From a virus: 39,203 nt of DNA. The DNA lies in the IMG/VR virus record IMGVR_UViG_3300045988_111327, positions 1 through 39,203 of that record. One strand, written 5' to 3'. A model generated the notes under the pieces. The model was given only the letters and a program-made list of their open reading frames with translations. It ran no database searches and had not been told where the DNA came from. Both the position numbers and the translations under genes were made by a program. Of the stretch, positions 17,139-26,427 are shown one piece after another (the first letter of the stretch is position 1; the number at the start of each line of letters is the position of its first letter).

Positions 17139-17531
17139 CTAACTCAATTCGAATACAAGCGACACAATGCCATGCATTAACACGGTATCCTGCACGCTTG
17201 TATCAGTGATAATTTGATTGCTGTTAAGCGACGGCCGACCAACGAACCGGAAATTTTCGGAAAGTAAAACGCCTCGTCCGATAGCAGACAAGGCGTTCAT
17301 CATCTTTGCCACGTTATAGCGATTCTCTCCAGTGTCCCACACGTTAAGCGTGATATCGATTCTAGCCCCGTAGGCGTCTTTGTATGGGCTAATGATGGAA
17401 TTTACATCACCAACATTAACAAACGGGTACGGGGCATTCTCACTCTCTAACGGCAAATGATCATACACGGTATAGCCTAGCTCTTGCGCTTTAGAAAATA
17501 CTGCGTCGAATAGTTCCTGTTCAGGTATCAT
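17139..17531 (-). CDS. Tail completion / tail terminator-like protein
   Basis: 130 aa, position upstream of the major tail gene. YDHLP...APYPFV motif is DUF3168-like. Confidence 0.65.
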   Translation of the reverse strand: MIPEQELFDAVFSKAQELGYTVYDHLPLESENAPYPFVNVGDVNSIISPYKDAYGARIDITLNVWDTGENRYNVAKMMNALSAIGRGVLLSENFRFVGRPSLNSNQIITDTSVQDTVLMHGIVSLVFELS

Positions 17532-17543
17532 GCCATCGCCTCC

Positions 17544-17924
17544 TTACTTCATCGTTTTTTTAAGATCGTTAACAAACTGTACACTTTGATATGCAAATGC
17601 CGGCTTAAGTGTAGGCCGTGCCGACATGAATCGAGTACCGAATTCCAAGTAAGGGAAATACTCAGTGTGTGGTGCAACGGCTACTGTCATGCCAGCGTTT
17701 GAAAACGTGGTAGACAGTGAACGCCTGGTAGCACCAGTTGAATAGCCCGCTGTATAAGCAGCAGCCATGTTCTGTGCTGTTTTTGTTTTAAGCAACGCGC
17801 CATGTTTGGCGACAATCGTTTTCGTTTGTGTTGCCATCATCATAGGGCGCTTGGCAATTGCTCGTTGTAACTCCCTAGCGCCTTTGAGCTGAAACGTGAT
17901 TTTAGCCATTGCTTTCACCCACAA
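17544..17924 (-). CDS. HK97 gp10-family head-tail protein
   Basis: 126 aa, position and N-terminal pattern (GARELQRAI). Confidence 0.65.
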   Translation of the reverse strand: MWVKAMAKITFQLKGARELQRAIAKRPMMMATQTKTIVAKHGALLKTKTAQNMAAAYTAGYSTGATRRSLSTTFSNAGMTVAVAPHTEYFPYLEFGTRFMSARPTLKPAFAYQSVQFVNDLKKTMK

Positions 17925-18210
17925 TCAAAGTAAACAGCTTTAACGGCCTTCTCATTGTCTGCAATACATACTTCTGCGTTCCATCGTCAATGGTCAAATA
18001 GGACCACTTAGGCGGCGCAGCATAAAGCCGTATCACTAGACTGTTCTGCTTATAGTCGCCAAATAATTGCACAGACTTAACCGTGCCAATATCGGTAACG
18101 TTGCCATGCAGGGTTGAAACTAGCTTTTCACCGCCTACATAGCCGTGCGTTTTCGGGTCGTAGTGCCGTTCCCACTTATCGTAGAACTTAATCACGTGGT
18201 CAAAACGCAT
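17902..18210 (-). CDS. Head closure / head-tail adaptor protein
   Basis: 102 aa, position in the connector cluster. Confidence 0.65.
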   Translation of the reverse strand: MRFDHVIKFYDKWERHYDPKTHGYVGGEKLVSTLHGNVTDIGTVKSVQLFGDYKQNSLVIRLYAAPPKWSYLTIDDGTQKYVLQTMRRPLKLFTLIVGESNG

Positions 18211-18570
18211 TTAATCGCCCCGCTTCCAATAGAACGGGTCAACCGTGGTTAGTACGCCATGACTATGACGTTTGCGCCAGTCGTCGATATCAGCCTGGAA
18301 ATCATCGAAATCGTTGCTGTTAAACGTGATACTTTCGCCTTCCTGAGTGTATGAAGTCATACCCTCGTTTTTAAGGCGATTATAGCGCCGTACAGCAACT
18401 TCAATCGGAATATAGGCTAATTCGTTAGGCACTTGCTTGCCAGCGCCTAATGCTAACTTAAACCGCAGTTGTAAGTCCGTGTTTTTTAGAATCAGCGCCA
18501 AAACAGAATCTTGGCTTGTGTCATCAGTCGCAAGCCCTAGCAGTGTTTTTAAATCGTCAAGACTTGCCAT
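18211..18570 (-). CDS. Head-tail connector protein (gp6-like)
   Basis: 119 aa. N-terminus LDDLKTLLGL..DDTSQDSVL is typical of this family. Directly after the capsid gene. Confidence 0.7.
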   Translation of the reverse strand: MASLDDLKTLLGLATDDTSQDSVLALILKNTDLQLRFKLALGAGKQVPNELAYIPIEVAVRRYNRLKNEGMTSYTQEGESITFNSNDFDDFQADIDDWRKRHSHGVLTTVDPFYWKRGD

Positions 18571-18583
18571 GATAGATCACCCT

Positions 18584-19417
18584 TTACTTGCCAACGCCCG
18601 TTGCGTCTTGAACCGTTGCGACAACTACCTTCGTGTCATCGTACAGATAAGCAGCGAAATGCTCATCGCCTGTCATGATCGTAGACTTGGTAACAATATC
18701 GCGTTGCGTTTCAACAGCAACATCGCGCTTCTTAACCAGTTTCAGTGCAGGAGTCGTTGCGTTTGCCTTAACCAGAATCATATCGGTATCGGCAAGCTTC
18801 TTGCTCCGTACAAGCTGAACACCCAGTACATCATAGTACGCCCCGTTGATCACTTGGTTTGCACCGGCTTCACTACCCATCTTCTTGTTGATTGCGTCCA
18901 TACGCAACTTAGATGCCGTCTTAGGACTCATGATAGCTACAACGACAGAATCATCTTCGTCGTTGAACATATCAGTGGCCGCTTGCAAACCTTCAGTCGT
19001 TGGTGCAATGGTAATCTTTTGCGTGCCACCCTTAGCAGCAGTCAGCATTTGAGTATCAACATAATCTGCAATGCTCATGCCAAGTTGACGGTTGGCTTCG
19101 CCCATTACATCTCCGTATCCGGAAAGGATAGCTTCATCAGTGATTCGAATACCCTTTGCAGCTTTCTGAACCTTGACGCTGGCCGTCTTAGTGCCCAGCT
19201 TGTCCAGTGGGATTGGCTGACCTTCGGCAATGTTCTTAGCGTCGCCAATGTACGTGAATTTAGGGAACTTAAGCGTGTCGCCCGGGTTTCCTACCAAAGT
19301 AGAATCGACTTGTGCAAGTGGGGTAAACCGCATTGCATGTTCCATCGTGTACTGAACAATAGGTGCGTTGACTTCAGGATTTACCAAGTCCGCAATCATC
19401 GTCATGTTATCTGCCAT
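18584..19417 (-). CDS. Major capsid protein (HK97-fold type)
   Basis: 277 aa, directly after the scaffold gene. Strong RBS. Confidence 0.85.
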   Translation of the reverse strand: MADNMTMIADLVNPEVNAPIVQYTMEHAMRFTPLAQVDSTLVGNPGDTLKFPKFTYIGDAKNIAEGQPIPLDKLGTKTASVKVQKAAKGIRITDEAILSGYGDVMGEANRQLGMSIADYVDTQMLTAAKGGTQKITIAPTTEGLQAATDMFNDEDDSVVVAIMSPKTASKLRMDAINKKMGSEAGANQVINGAYYDVLGVQLVRSKKLADTDMILVKANATTPALKLVKKRDVAVETQRDIVTKSTIMTGDEHFAAYLYDDTKVVVATVQDATGVGK

Positions 19418-19419
19418 TT

Positions 19420-20070
19420 TTAGTTACCTCCTAAAATTCGTGCATACTCAGCAGGGTTTTCACGTTGGAATTTAACTCGTTCGGCCGTGCTCATCTTTAG
19501 CAGTTCTTGAGCTGATACCGGCTTGATTTCCTTCCCGCCAACTTTAGGCGTCTTCCCCGCTAAAAGTTTGTTTCGTTCATCTTCTCGAATCGCCTCAATC
19601 GCAGTCAGCAGCACGTTAACGTTTGCCTGAGTGCTTTCGGCAGTATCAGTTACAACTAGATCAAGCAGACCGTTATCAGCGTTGTTAAAACCGCCGTCTG
19701 CCAACATTTGCTTGGCACTATCGCGCATTTCGTAACGTGCCAGCTTTGCAGCAGCTTCTTCAGCCCGCTTGTTTGCTTTTTCAAGTTCGTAGTTAGCCTT
19801 TTGCTCGGCGTTCATACGTGATAACTTCTTGGCCTCGTCTTCCTTGGCCTTAAGTTGTTCCTTTTGACGCTCCAAACGTTGGCTAACAATCTTGTTTACT
19901 TCATCTTGCGTGAACGTCTTGGGCTGATTGTCTTGCGCTTTATCGCTTTCGTTTTTGCTTTCGCTCGTTTGGTCAGGTTCGTTATCTGGTGCACCGTTCG
20001 AACCATCGCCCTGTTCAGCGAAAAATTGCAAGTCCATAGGCAACCCATGTTGTTGTTCGTCAAAACTCAT
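19420..20070 (-). CDS. Scaffolding protein
   Basis: Start chosen at [19 protein letters not shown], which has RBS GAGGTG. Acidic N-terminus and long coiled coil. The track ORF's 118-aa N-terminal extension crosses a terminator and was discarded. Confidence 0.8.
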   Translation of the reverse strand: MSFDEQQHGLPMDLQFFAEQGDGSNGAPDNEPDQTSESKNESDKAQDNQPKTFTQDEVNKIVSQRLERQKEQLKAKEDEAKKLSRMNAEQKANYELEKANKRAEEAAAKLARYEMRDSAKQMLADGGFNNADNGLLDLVVTDTAESTQANVNVLLTAIEAIREDERNKLLAGKTPKVGGKEIKPVSAQELLKMSTAERVKFQRENPAEYARILGGN

Positions 20071-20164
20071 AAATACACCTCGTTTTAAGCCCGGTCGGCT
20101 ATATAGTCCGAACTTGTTCTTTTGGGTCTGCAAGTAAGTCAAAAAGACCAGAAATTTAAGCATG

Positions 20165-20198
20165 AAAAAAGAGAACCCTAGCCATGCTTGAGTTCTCT
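20165..20198 (-). terminator. Rho-independent terminator between the minor head and scaffold genes
   Basis: Minus strand: AGAGAAC-15 nt-GTTCTCT followed by TTTTT. Confidence 0.65.
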
Positions 20199-20242
20199 CG
20201 ATTTTGTTTTTAATTTGGAAAATAAAAAAGCCTAACACGCAG

Positions 20243-21253
20243 CTAAACTTTCTTTGCACCAATAGCTTTTTCAAGCGTCTTTGAACGTTTACCGCCGACA
20301 AGATTATCATCTCTGCCATCAACCCACGTTTCAGATATGCTGCAACGGCAATTTGGGTGGGTCGCATCTGGAATCTTTGGCACTTTAGCAACCGTATAAA
20401 CACCTTCGCCGAATCCACTATCACGACTTGCGATTGCTCGACAAGCAGGGCATGCTTTCGGCTCAGCTATCCATTGAACGTAGTTGTAGCCGTGCTTTTT
20501 AATCGATTCAAGCTGCACGTTCGTTTGAATTCTTGCGCTTTCAGTCCTTGCTAATCGCTCGGTTACATATCTTTGATTGCCAACCGCTGTTTTGACCTGC
20601 TCACGTAGCCGTATAGCCATTTTACGTGGGTTTTGACCCTGTATCATGCCAACACTTAAAACTTGGTCTAACTTAGCCTTAAGGGCGTCTTGGTCAGCCC
20701 ACAAACGTTGGCTAAACGTTGCCCCGTTGGTTTGTGCCATTAGGATTTTAGCAGCGTCCTTGCCAGTCCAAGGTGAACGTTGCGCACTGTCCATCATGAT
20801 ACCGGCTTGCCTAATGACTTCTTTCTGATAATCACCGCTTAACTTATCTCGTAGACTAGAATCGACTTTGATGTTAGCTCGCAGCATATCAAGACCAACT
20901 TCGGACTTAAGATGTTCAAGGCGGTTGATTCGCATTGTAGCGTTGTAGACCTTCAAGCGCTGGTTCACCTGGTCGCTAAAATCAGCATACGTTACCTTTT
21001 GACCATTAGCACGCATTTTCTCCGCCTCAGCCACGATTGACTTAGCTTTGGTTTCATACGCCTTGACGTCCATTTGCGTTACTTGGTCTTTGCCTACTCG
21101 GTTAAGTTCTTTCTCGATACTATCGCTAATATCATCGATTGCTTGGTTGTAGTAGGTTTCAAGCAACTTGCCAAACTCCGCATCGTTTTCAAGCTGTTTG
21201 AGTTGCCAGGCTTTCTCTTGCTTGGCTCGCTCTTCCCAGTAACTACTCGGCAT
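20243..21253 (-). CDS. Minor head protein (SPP1 gp7 / Mu F-like)
   Basis: C-terminal THPNCRC motif and RTESARI region. Follows the portal gene. Confidence 0.85.
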   Translation of the reverse strand: MPSSYWEERAKQEKAWQLKQLENDAEFGKLLETYYNQAIDDISDSIEKELNRVGKDQVTQMDVKAYETKAKSIVAEAEKMRANGQKVTYADFSDQVNQRLKVYNATMRINRLEHLKSEVGLDMLRANIKVDSSLRDKLSGDYQKEVIRQAGIMMDSAQRSPWTGKDAAKILMAQTNGATFSQRLWADQDALKAKLDQVLSVGMIQGQNPRKMAIRLREQVKTAVGNQRYVTERLARTESARIQTNVQLESIKKHGYNYVQWIAEPKACPACRAIASRDSGFGEGVYTVAKVPKIPDATHPNCRCSISETWVDGRDDNLVGGKRSKTLEKAIGAKKV

Positions 21254-22646
21254 TTACATCATCGCTTTCGGTGTCTTGCTTTTGCTGATCAGTCATGGAC
21301 GGCATAGCCTGCAAGTTATTTCGCACGTCTTCGGCTTGCTCTTCTCGCATACGGTCGATTTCCTTCTTAGGGTCATCAACAATCGACAACGTGCTTAACT
21401 GGGTTTCCTTCGACACAATGCCTGACAACATAGACGCAGTTTGTGCCTCGTTCTCGACATCAAGCGGAATATTACGGGCCGGTACGATTTGCAAGTCTTT
21501 CATGACATCAGCACGGCTAACTGTGCCAATTGCTTTGCCCAGACCTAACGCAGTGCCTAACAGTTGACGCAGACTGATAGCAAACTTCCGGTCTTCAAAC
21601 GCAGCTTGATTCTGCATACTTAACAGCTTGTACCGAATTGCAACCCCGCTTGCGTTACCACTAAACGCTTCATCGTTAAGGTTGGCAACCATTGCGGTTT
21701 GGAAAATATCATCTTTCAAACGACTAAGCATGTTTTCTTGCATGTTGTCGCCATCAGGCTTGGTGATGAAGTCTACCTCGCCTTGCGCAGCATCTGCACT
21801 CGGTGAGTAAAGAACGTGGTCTTGTTCCAAGTTAAGAACCGTTTCGCCGTCTTCATCTGTTGGCAATGGAATGCCCAGAATCTTAAGGTAGGCGTTATCA
21901 AAGTAAGCAACCTGGTTAGCCTTCTGACTGATAGCACGGTCGTACTCTTCGACCAACGTATCAATTTTGCCAATCAGTGAAAGTCGTTCATCGTTGGCAT
22001 AGAACTCAGCAGCAGGAACAAAGCCAAACACATGGTTGATTTGTTCTTCTACCTTGCCATCGTTGCCAAAATAAGTAATTTCTTTGTCGGTATAAACTTC
22101 ACCGTTCAGCTGGTTGTTGTAGCTTGAATACCGCACGAACGCAACGGGATTCCGTTTAATCGTCGTGTCGTAGATCATAAAGCTACTATCGGGCGCAGCA
22201 ACCGCAATTTCAGTTTCGCTGTTCTCGTTCTGATAGGCCATCATGTAAGACCGACCATAGATAGCAACTTGCTTGGCAACTTCGCTTAGTTTGTCCTGGA
22301 ACGAATTGACGTTCAACCAGTCTTGCAAGCGCTCGTTAGTGCTATCATCATCTAACGCAATCTTAGGTGGCTTACCGATAAAATAGCCGACATACGTATC
22401 AACAACATAGTTAGCCCAGTTGCTAATGATACGGTTGTCAGGTCTAAAAGATCGATCATGTGGCTTATGCAGAATGTCATGATTACCGCTATACAGATCA
22501 TAGTAATGGTTATACTTCGTAGACCGTTGGCGATTATCGTTGATGAACTGCATTAAGCTGGTCGTGTCCAGCTCTTCACCGGCAAACAGATATACGCCTT
22601 CTTTCGTAACATAGCAGTTTTCGCTAATCGTTTTCTGAATTGACAT
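21243..22646 (-). CDS. Portal protein (SPP1 gp6-like)
   Basis: 467 aa, immediately after the large terminase. Confidence 0.88.
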   Translation of the reverse strand: MSIQKTISENCYVTKEGVYLFAGEELDTTSLMQFINDNRQRSTKYNHYYDLYSGNHDILHKPHDRSFRPDNRIISNWANYVVDTYVGYFIGKPPKIALDDDSTNERLQDWLNVNSFQDKLSEVAKQVAIYGRSYMMAYQNENSETEIAVAAPDSSFMIYDTTIKRNPVAFVRYSSYNNQLNGEVYTDKEITYFGNDGKVEEQINHVFGFVPAAEFYANDERLSLIGKIDTLVEEYDRAISQKANQVAYFDNAYLKILGIPLPTDEDGETVLNLEQDHVLYSPSADAAQGEVDFITKPDGDNMQENMLSRLKDDIFQTAMVANLNDEAFSGNASGVAIRYKLLSMQNQAAFEDRKFAISLRQLLGTALGLGKAIGTVSRADVMKDLQIVPARNIPLDVENEAQTASMLSGIVSKETQLSTLSIVDDPKKEIDRMREEQAEDVRNNLQAMPSMTDQQKQDTESDDVNAE

Positions 22647-22695
22647 TCTCTCACCTCTTTTTCGTAGCTATTAAACGCACACGATATGCGTTTAA

Positions 22696-23925
22696 TCAGA
22701 AATATCTTGAACGAATCGTCCGTGCTTGGTTGTCGCGGTGTTGGTTATATATCGCATACCGCATGGAATCCATCACGTGGTCGTTCTCCTTGACTGGCTC
22801 GCCGGTCTTGTCGTCCCAAACGTACTGATAAACTTCATCTAGAAACTGGTTAACGCCTTCTTTGACGACAAAGAACTTGCCTTGTTTCATGAATTCGCTG
22901 ACCTTTTCAATACCTGCCATTTTTGCCTTGTTAGCATTACGAGCTTGAATACCAGCTTGTTGAAACTCGCTCACGTTGTCTGGCCGTGCAGAATCGCACC
23001 AAAAAAGGATATTCCGGCCGTACTTGGCTTGAATATCCTTTGCAACGTTTTTCCAATACTCGATAAACTTGAATTGCTTGGTGTGTTCTTCAATCAGATA
23101 GATGTTGCCTTGCCTATCATCGCCAAAAACTGTGATAACACCGGCATGTTCAAAACCCCAGTCGACACCGCAATAATAGCTTAAATCGTCCGGTAAGTCC
23201 TGCTTATCTATCATCATCGTTCGTTTGTCAAAATCACGATAAACAATGCCATCACCGCTGACCCACTGGCCTAAGATACGCCGATCATAAAAGACCCCAC
23301 TAGGCGTAGCAGCCTTTAATGCGTCCACATAATCGCGCGACAAAGTGGGGTTATCATCTAACACGAACGAGAACGTTTTAATACGTGCTTCCGGCTTATG
23401 ATTGTCGATATAGTCAGTTTTCAAAAAATGCTGTGGGTTGTCGGGGTTTGTGTCGCAGATAACCCGCGCGCCTTCTACTGAACAACGGTCAAGGATTTCT
23501 TGAAACACTTCATGCACCGCTAAACTAGCTTCGTTGATATATGCTCCATAGCTAGTCATACCACGAATGCCACTCATACCCCGTATGCTACCCGTATAAG
23601 CTGGCACTATATCAACGCCAAACAAATGATAGTGTCCGTGCTTGTCCGGCGTCAGATCAACACCGAATTGAGAACTTAACGAACTAATAACGTTGTTGTA
23701 GATAGTGTTAGAACTAAAGCCTGCAAGGATAAACTGTGGCTTAGGATCATGACGTGCAGCAGCAGCCTTCGCAACTCTTCGCAGTTCCAAAATGAACAAA
23801 TAGTTATCGATATAAGTCTTGCCACTCCGAACTGCTCCAGACAAGATAAGATACTTCCAATCGTCATGCAGATAGGATTGCAGCACCTTAATCTGTTTGC
23901 TCGTTAGTATGTTCTTCAGCGTCAT
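22696..23925 (-). CDS. terL: Terminase large subunit (PBSX/Terminase_3-like; headful type inferred)
   Basis: Walker A SGAVRSGKT and C-terminal nuclease region. 409 aa. Confidence 0.9.
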   Translation of the reverse strand: MTLKNILTSKQIKVLQSYLHDDWKYLILSGAVRSGKTYIDNYLFILELRRVAKAAAARHDPKPQFILAGFSSNTIYNNVISSLSSQFGVDLTPDKHGHYHLFGVDIVPAYTGSIRGMSGIRGMTSYGAYINEASLAVHEVFQEILDRCSVEGARVICDTNPDNPQHFLKTDYIDNHKPEARIKTFSFVLDDNPTLSRDYVDALKAATPSGVFYDRRILGQWVSGDGIVYRDFDKRTMMIDKQDLPDDLSYYCGVDWGFEHAGVITVFGDDRQGNIYLIEEHTKQFKFIEYWKNVAKDIQAKYGRNILFWCDSARPDNVSEFQQAGIQARNANKAKMAGIEKVSEFMKQGKFFVVKEGVNQFLDEVYQYVWDDKTGEPVKENDHVMDSMRYAIYNQHRDNQARTIRSRYF

Positions 23926-24397
23926 GCTCTTTGTCCGCCTCTTTAATCAACTTGTCCATCAGCATATCAAGTTGTTCGTTGCTTTCAGCTCCCAGACGTT
24001 CCATAACGTCAGCCTTAAGTTTCTTGATACGTGTATCTTGGATAACGTTCTCTTTGCGCGCTTTCGTCATTTCGCGTTCTTCAGGCGACAACGTGCTATC
24101 GTTGTACTTATCACGCCAATTGTTCTTTAGCCAAAAAATCATAGCGGTGGTGTTGCCTGATATAGCTTTGCGAAACAGCACGCTTTCAACCGCATAATTC
24201 GACTGCTCTCTACCTCTTTTTAAAGCGTTATTTATGTTAGGGTAGCGCTTTTTCCACTCGTAAAGTGTTTCTCGCCGAATACCGATATTTTTAGCTATTT
24301 CTTCATCAGTTACGCCGTTGCGTTTCCACCCTTGCAAAAGCAAAAGGTTGTCCGGCTCTAGCCACTTTTTGTATAGTCCTTGTGCCATTGCAAACAT
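23888..24397 (-). CDS. terS: Terminase small subunit
   Basis: N-terminal HTH (TDEEIAKNIGIRRETLYEWKKRYP). Overlaps terL. The start could instead be Met4. Confidence 0.8.
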   Translation of the reverse strand: MFAMAQGLYKKWLEPDNLLLLQGWKRNGVTDEEIAKNIGIRRETLYEWKKRYPNINNALKRGREQSNYAVESVLFRKAISGNTTAMIFWLKNNWRDKYNDSTLSPEEREMTKARKENVIQDTRIKKLKADVMERLGAESNEQLDMLMDKLIKEADKEHDAEEHTNEQTD

Positions 24398-24406
24398 CTC
24401 ACCGCC

Positions 24407-25252
24407 TTACTTTTTAAAACTGCTTGGCAAAATCTTAGGACAACAAGCGTTCCAGTTGACTAAGTGATGAATACGCAAGTGCTTGTCGCCCATTGCCGTT
24501 AGTGATACTATGGCTGGTTCTTGAATCACTGAATACATCGACTTTAGATACGTACCGTGATCGGTATACAGCTCCGTCATGCCATTTTCTGTTTTCTGTG
24601 TCTTAGGTTGGTTGATCATCAGAAACGAGTTTGTCAGCATGATTCGCCCGAGCTTGCCATAGTGTGTGTACATGTTGGTGTCTTCGTTGATACGTCCCAT
24701 AAATCTAACCGGCGTATCTGTCTTCCAAAAATAAACGTTCATGGCTTTACGCCTAAACTGGTCTTTAACCATACCGCCACTAGCACCACCTATGAAGTCC
24801 CCCCCTTGTGCCCAACAAAAACAATCTGTCGGCGTGGTTCTGAGCAACTCCAGTGATGTGTCAAATAATGGTGATATATTTTTGAATCTAATTTGTTTTA
24901 GTTTTCCATTCTTTACGTACCGTGCCGAAAACGTGTTGTAGTCGTCGTCAAGCATGACGAAATATTTCGCCCCCATGCTCTTAGCTAGATCAAAACAATA
25001 GTTCCTTGCCGATACAACTCCACTCTTTTCCGGAATGTTGTCCATTAGGTCTTCTTGTACGTCGTAGCGGTTGAACGTTTTCAGTATCTTGCCATATCTC
25101 GCTTGATACTCTCCAAACTGTGGGTCGTCATCACTAACGACCAGATAAATGTTTTCATCGACTCCCAATTTATGCAGCGTTTCCAGTGTCTTCTGTTCTT
25201 TGGCTCGCCCATAAGTCAGGATAAAAATTGGTGTGCTACTCAAGACGCTCAT
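24407..25252 (-). CDS. Hypothetical protein with GT-A-like glycosyltransferase features
   Basis: N-terminal beta strand PIFILTYGR, and a hydrophobic strand followed by a DXD-like motif (YFVMLDDDY). No family identified with certainty. Confidence 0.45.
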   Translation of the reverse strand: MSVLSSTPIFILTYGRAKEQKTLETLHKLGVDENIYLVVSDDDPQFGEYQARYGKILKTFNRYDVQEDLMDNIPEKSGVVSARNYCFDLAKSMGAKYFVMLDDDYNTFSARYVKNGKLKQIRFKNISPLFDTSLELLRTTPTDCFCWAQGGDFIGGASGGMVKDQFRRKAMNVYFWKTDTPVRFMGRINEDTNMYTHYGKLGRIMLTNSFLMINQPKTQKTENGMTELYTDHGTYLKSMYSVIQEPAIVSLTAMGDKHLRIHHLVNWNACCPKILPSSFKK

Positions 25253-25991
25253 CTACGTCGCCTACCTCGTCAATCTCTGCTGAGCGAACCTCATCTTTAA
25301 ATTTCGCAATGCCACGTGCAATTGCATCTTCGTAGTCGATAATCACTAGCAACTGCTCTTCGAATGCCTTTTGTATCGTTGCATCACTATGAGCGTAGAA
25401 CTCGGCAATTTTTGCAAAATCAAACTTAATAAACCGTGTCGCTCCTAGTAACAGGAAATGCTTTATACCCTTATCAATATCGAGTGAATCGATATACTCT
25501 TTTAATTCGTTGTATTTTTCGGTATCTGCCAGCTCATCAACATCAGGCTTTTTGTCACTGTTAGGAACGTACTCCACCGCATCAGTTTTCTGTGAGTACT
25601 TGTCATCGAACTTAGGAGTGTCTTTCTCACCATCAAAACCGAAAGCAGTCATATCGATGTTGGGAACGGTGCTAAGCTCATCTTTAAGCAAGTCGTCAAG
25701 CCAACTGGTCAGCTCGTTGGTCTTGTTGTCTGCCAGCCGGTATGCTCTGACCTGCTCATCGCTCAGCTTGTCAGCAACCACTACTGGAACATCTTTTAAG
25801 CCTAGCTTTTTCGCAGCCTTGTATCTGGTATGCCCAACGATAATAACGTTATCCTTATCAACTACGATTGGTTGCTGGAAACCAAACTCTTTAATCGAGC
25901 TGGCAACGGCATCTACACCGTCATCGTTGTTTCGTGGGTTCTTTGGATATGGTTTTACATCACCAATCGGCACTTCTTGAATCTGCTCCAT
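25236..25991 (-). CDS. ParB N-terminal domain (ParB/Srx-fold) protein with a C-terminal domain of unknown type
   Basis: VKPYPKNPRNNDDGVDAVASSIKEFGFQQPIVV...IIVGHTRYKAAKKLG is the classic ParB-N pattern. No methyltransferase motifs in the C-terminal half. Confidence 0.8.
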   Translation of the reverse strand: MEQIQEVPIGDVKPYPKNPRNNDDGVDAVASSIKEFGFQQPIVVDKDNVIIVGHTRYKAAKKLGLKDVPVVVADKLSDEQVRAYRLADNKTNELTSWLDDLLKDELSTVPNIDMTAFGFDGEKDTPKFDDKYSQKTDAVEYVPNSDKKPDVDELADTEKYNELKEYIDSLDIDKGIKHFLLLGATRFIKFDFAKIAEFYAHSDATIQKAFEEQLLVIIDYEDAIARGIAKFKDEVRSAEIDEVGDVDERLE

Positions 25992-26000
25992 GATTGCACC

Positions 26001-26180
26001 TCACAACTCCATTTTCGGCGGTTTAATGCTATACCTAACCTTTTTATCAATCTTTGTCTTAACAGGCTCGTGTCGCTCATTCTCGGCCTTGTGTCGCTCT
26101 CTGCATATCTGGTCAGCATAAGCCAACATGATATACTCAGACCGGCTACTGACTAGCCCGTATTTCTTTGTGATAAACAT
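26001..26180 (-). CDS. Small hypothetical protein (59 aa)
   Basis: Start chosen at MFITKKYG, which has RBS AGGAGAG, just downstream of the terminator at 26210-26235. Confidence 0.5.
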   Translation of the reverse strand: MFITKKYGLVSSRSEYIMLAYADQICRERHKAENERHEPVKTKIDKKVRYSIKPPKMEL

Positions 26181-26209
26181 TCGTTCGCTCTCCTGACCAA
26201 ATAAAAAGA

Positions 26210-26235
26210 CGGGCCGAAACCCGTCAATTGAAACT
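26210..26235 (-). terminator. Rho-independent terminator downstream of the tRNA
   Basis: Minus strand: GACGGG-tttcgg-CCCGTC followed by TTTTTATTT. Confidence 0.75.
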
Positions 26236-26355
26236 GATGCGTAAGCAGCACGCCAACGACCACTGTCAACGTACATGCTAACTATATTAACTCAATGAAA
26301 AGTGAATTTTTTATTTTTCCCTCATGAGAAACAATAGTTTTTTGCCCGTAGGCAA

Positions 26356-26427
26356 CGTATCCCGCAGGAATCGAACCCACATCTTCCGCTATACATGGCG
26401 GCTGCTCGCCCATTGAGCTAAGGATAC
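26356..26427 (-). tRNA. tRNA gene with a non-canonical anticodon arm (4-5 bp stem, 8-nt loop CAUGUAUA); identity undetermined, GUA is the best 3-nt reading
   Basis: Minus strand: GTATCCT TA GCTC AATGGGC GAGC A G-CCGC-CATGTATA-GCGG-A AGAT GTGGG TTCGATT CCTGC GGGATAC G. Acceptor, D and T arms are canonical. No encoded CCA. Confidence 0.75.

Noticed and set aside
18437-19423. 328-aa plus-strand ORF antisense to the major capsid gene. The same applies to 13696..14331, 3305..3763, 25510..25980 and 16559..17068.
   Set aside because: All are antisense shadows of well-supported minus-strand genes. They have low-complexity, Cys/Ile/Ser-rich composition, no RBS and no module logic.
19420-20424. 334-aa version of the scaffold ORF given in the track.
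   Set aside because: The first 118 codons cross an intergenic terminator and encode hydrophobic junk. A good RBS precedes Met119 (MSFDEQQ...MDLQFFAE).
26001-26276. HNH endonuclease expected next to the terminase region.
   Set aside because: The ORF is short once trimmed to its RBS-supported start (59 aa). It has no HNH or Cys/His metal-binding motif. The only HNH-like protein is 34470..35153 in the replication module.
26356-26427. The tRNA as an ochre suppressor explaining the TAA-interrupted FN3 domains.
   Set aside because: The anticodon loop CAUGUAUA contains no UUA. The link is kept only as a low-probability note in the findings.
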